Origin: Bacillota bacterium
GTDB lineage: Bacteria > Bacillota > Clostridia > Lachnospirales > Lachnospiraceae
Assembly (NCBI GenBank): GCA_023425485.1
Contig: JAFACO010000351.1
Coordinates: 1-41,071, forward strand
Direction of reading: 5' to 3'
Length of the DNA: 41,071 nt
Below the pieces are notes generated by a model. The model saw only the letters and a program-made list of their open reading frames with translations. It was not told the origin of the DNA and searched no databases. Shown piece by piece: positions 38,099 to 41,071 of the stretch (positions within the stretch are counted from its first letter, which is position 1; each line of letters begins with the position of its first letter). A program made the translations under genes and the position numbers.

Positions 38099-38182
38099 TA
38101 AAATCCTCCATTCCGCCGCATTGCGGCTATATCATCATGGAAAAAGACACATAAGTGTCTTCTCCCTAAACTTTTTAAGTTA

Positions 38183-38836
38183 CTATTCACCAAAAGCTGC
38201 TTTATAGTCCTGAATAAATTTCTCAATGCCTGCAGTTGTTAGTGGATGTTTTGTACTTTGTTCTATAACACTATATGGGACAGTTGCAATATTAGCTCCT
38301 GCTAATGCACACTCGGTCACATGCATTGGAGTACGAATACTTGCGGCTATAATTTCTGATTTTATATCATGTATACTAAATATATCAGCAATTGTTCTAA
38401 TTAGTTCTGTACCGTTTTCGGATATATCATCTAATCGTCCAACAAAAGGTGATACAAAAGTTGCTCCTGCTCTTGCAGCTAATAATGCCTGATTAGCTGT
38501 AAAGATCAATGTGACATTTGTCTTAATTCCTTCACTTGAAAGAATTTTGGTAGCTTTAAGACCTTCTAATGTCATTGGAATCTTAACTACCATGTTAGGG
38601 TGAAGTTTCGCTATCTCTCTGCCCTCTTGTACCATATCTTCCGCCAATACTGTTGTTGCTTTCACTTCACCACTGATTGGACCATCTACAAGTGCAGCAA
38701 TTTCCTTAATTACATCCTCAAGTTTTTTCCCTTCTTTTGCTATTAGGGAAGGATTTGTTGTAACACCACATATAACTCCTAAATCACTTGCTTTTTTAAT
38801 TTCAGCAACATTGGCTGTATCAATAAATAACTTCAT
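38183..38836 (-). CDS. tal: Transaldolase (short FSA/TalC-type)
   Basis: [19 protein letters not shown] Schiff-base Lys; Glu in SGEV and Phe in SPFVGR favour transaldolase over F6P aldolase; upstream of tkt. Confidence 0.9.
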   Translation of the reverse strand: MKLFIDTANVAEIKKASDLGVICGVTTNPSLIAKEGKKLEDVIKEIAALVDGPISGEVKATTVLAEDMVQEGREIAKLHPNMVVKIPMTLEGLKATKILSSEGIKTNVTLIFTANQALLAARAGATFVSPFVGRLDDISENGTELIRTIADIFSIHDIKSEIIAASIRTPMHVTECALAGANIATVPYSVIEQSTKHPLTTAGIEKFIQDYKAAFGE

Positions 38837-39041
38837 AAACCTACCTCCATTTGATCAAAACACTATTCAAACTATTGTATAGAATGTCCACACAGGAGAT
38901 TCTTAATCATTTGAATATATGTTCTTAATATTTAACTTGGTTTTACTCATATACTCCTAAATATACAATATATCGGTATATAATTCAATTATTAAATTAA
39001 ATATTAACATTAAATATTTCAATATAAAGTTTATGAAAAAT

Positions 39042-41071
39042 TTAGCTAATTGCAAAATATGTTTCCTCAAACTGTTTAACCGGCATTGCCTTCGCAAAAT
39101 AATGTCCTTGGATCATATCACAGCCAACGGTACATAGAAACTCCACTTGTTCTTCCGTTTCAATGCATTCTGCAACGACCATCATATGAAGATCTTTTGC
39201 CATGTTAATTGTATTTCGAATAACGGTAAGACCTCGTTCCACTTCATTTGTCATTCTGAATAACTCTCCATCCAGTTTTACTACATCAAGTGGTAAGTCC
39301 TTTAATGAATTTAAAGAAGAATATCCTGCTCCAAAATCATCCATGGATACTAAGAAGCCATGCTCTCTTAATTCTGTAACGGCTGCAATTAGTCCTTGTT
39401 TATTTTGCAAAAATGCACTTTCTGTTAGCTCTATCTCAATTAAATGATGAGGTACTCTATAATTATCTACTATTCCTTTTATCGTATCAACCATATGAGA
39501 ATTCATAAAATGCATACGAGAGATATTTACGGATACGGGTAATGGCTCATATCCCTTATCTAACCATTCTCTGATAATTTGGCAAACCTTCGTTAGCATG
39601 TAGTAATCTAATTGAGTAATAAAACCATTTTTCTCGAAAACAGGAATAAAAAATCCTGGTGAAATTAATGTATTATCTTCCTTAAACCAGCGTACTAACG
39701 CTTCAGCACCGGATAATGTACCCTCTTTAGCAGAGTACTTCGGTTGTAAGAATACATGAAATTCATCATTAAGTAAAGCATCATTCATAGATTTCTCAAT
39801 ATTTTCTTCTTCTAACAGCTTAACTCTTGCTGTATCATCAAAAAATGCTATATTACTTTCCGTACTTCCTTTAATATTATTCTTTGCAATACTTGCAAAC
39901 TCGGCCATTCTATCGATGGAATCTAATTTATGAGTTATGTAGTAGATACCAAAGAATATCTTGGTATCCTTCATATATCTAAGATGATGTAATCTTTCGT
40001 TTAAATTATAAATTCTATGAATTAGTTCATCTTCATTAATAAATGACGCAAAAATGTAGAACTGATCCGCTGCATATCTAGTAAAAGGCTCTCCAGAAAT
40101 ATTCCAGTCCTTTATAACCTGATAAATATCACCTAATACTTCGTCGCCCTTATGGTATCCATATGTGTCATTTATAATTTTAAATCTATTTACGTCAAAA
40201 TTAATAATAGCATAGTTTTTCTTATTAAATTGTTTATTATTTAAAATTTTGTTGACGCTATCTCTAAACTTGTACCAATTATTTCCGCCAGTTACTGGAT
40301 CCAAATAAAGTGTTTTTATAACTTTACGGTCTGATTTGCGTTGAAAAATAATCATAACTGTAAATAATAGAATTGTCCCTGCTGTTATAAAAATCCACAT
40401 CATATTGGTTAATCTTAAAATATCACCTGTAATTGTATTAATTGTATTAACACTTCCAACAAGAACCGACCAGTTATTAATACCAATTAATTTCTCATTC
40501 CATATATATGTACTCTGATCAGCACTTTTCTCAATAAAGAACTCACTAAAATCCATTGCCTTATATCTGGAATTCTCATCTCCTAGCAGAACACCATTTT
40601 CAAATATATCATTGTAATCAAAAAGCTCTGTATCCATAACTTGAGCATAAGAAATTAGCTCTTTATGTTCATTTACAAGGTAAATAATACGGTTCTCTTT
40701 TAGATCATTTTGAAAAAGTGCAGGATTGTTCATCATTGCATTTATTTTTGTAATTAAAACACCTTCAAATACACCGTTATCCGAAATTGGAGCAGCAAAA
40801 ACTATTACCGGAGTATTATCCGATGAATAGCTTATTTTATTAGACGCGTTTATCATACCACTTTTAGCAGTTATAAAATAATCTTCTGATTGCACATTAA
40901 TTTCTTCACCAGCAATGTTATACCCTATACCATCCTCATCTACAATTGCAAGATCTATAAAAGACTTGTCCTTGGCAATCAAAGGTAATAAAGTAGCAAT
41001 ATTTTCTTTTGAAAGTTGACCAGTTTTCGTAATTAATTTAGCAGATACTTGAATAGATTGATATTCATTCT
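39042..41071 (-). CDS. Membrane Cache-like sensor with GGDEF-EAL domains, probable c-di-GMP phosphodiesterase (5' end outside window)
   Basis: Frame stays open from 40982 to the window edge; degenerate GGDEF (AADQF); intact EAL and DDFGAGYSS motifs. Confidence 0.88.
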   Translation of the reverse strand, partial: NEYQSIQVSAKLITKTGQLSKENIATLLPLIAKDKSFIDLAIVDEDGIGYNIAGEEINVQSEDYFITAKSGMINASNKISYSSDNTPVIVFAAPISDNGVFEGVLITKINAMMNNPALFQNDLKENRIIYLVNEHKELISYAQVMDTELFDYNDIFENGVLLGDENSRYKAMDFSEFFIEKSADQSTYIWNEKLIGINNWSVLVGSVNTINTITGDILRLTNMMWIFITAGTILLFTVMIIFQRKSDRKVIKTLYLDPVTGGNNWYKFRDSVNKILNNKQFNKKNYAIINFDVNRFKIINDTYGYHKGDEVLGDIYQVIKDWNISGEPFTRYAADQFYIFASFINEDELIHRIYNLNERLHHLRYMKDTKIFFGIYYITHKLDSIDRMAEFASIAKNNIKGSTESNIAFFDDTARVKLLEEENIEKSMNDALLNDEFHVFLQPKYSAKEGTLSGAEALVRWFKEDNTLISPGFFIPVFEKNGFITQLDYYMLTKVCQIIREWLDKGYEPLPVSVNISRMHFMNSHMVDTIKGIVDNYRVPHHLIEIELTESAFLQNKQGLIAAVTELREHGFLVSMDDFGAGYSSLNSLKDLPLDVVKLDGELFRMTNEVERGLTVIRNTINMAKDLHMMVVAECIETEEQVEFLCTVGCDMIQGHYFAKAMPVKQFEETYFAIS

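Noticed and set aside
3378..39447. Many short antisense or nested ORFs in the track (for example 3694-4176, 14732-15367, 36153-36530)
   Set aside because: Shadow frames overlapping well-supported genes, with no recognisable motifs

Overview
Low-GC chromosomal window from a sporulating, flagellated clostridial bacterium; the gene set suggests Lachnospiraceae, which is an inference. In order: 5' part of a Tad/Flp pilus locus (cpaF partial, CpaE/TadZ-like); a divergent cluster of hypB, a DUF5692-like membrane protein, a FadR/GntR regulator split by one in-frame TAA, an 894-aa Cys-rich Fe-S/flavin oxidoreductase and hypA, with no hydrogenase in the window; bofA and yaaL; a sigma28-type unit of a giant FliK-like protein, flagellin and fliS; a DUF885 lipoprotein; metG with a Met T-box; a DUF4846-CapA fusion lipoprotein; a PD-(D/E)xK-like protein; an S1-domain protein; a small alarmone synthetase; a heterodimeric ABC exporter with a leader peptide; a LytTR/DUF3021/ABC module; an OmpR-type two-component system; tkt and tal; and a partial GGDEF-EAL gene. 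Most notable: (1) a ~600-bp non-coding array just downstream of fliS, built of ~46-bp units in which conserved CTTNNGTA boxes flank a hairpin whose sequence varies while pairing is kept; (2) the hydrogenase-less HypA/HypB plus oxidoreductase cluster, a candidate uncharacterised Ni-enzyme system; (3) three copies of an IS66-like MITE, two of them directly upstream of hypB and hypA. All family calls come from motif recognition by eye; no database searches were run.
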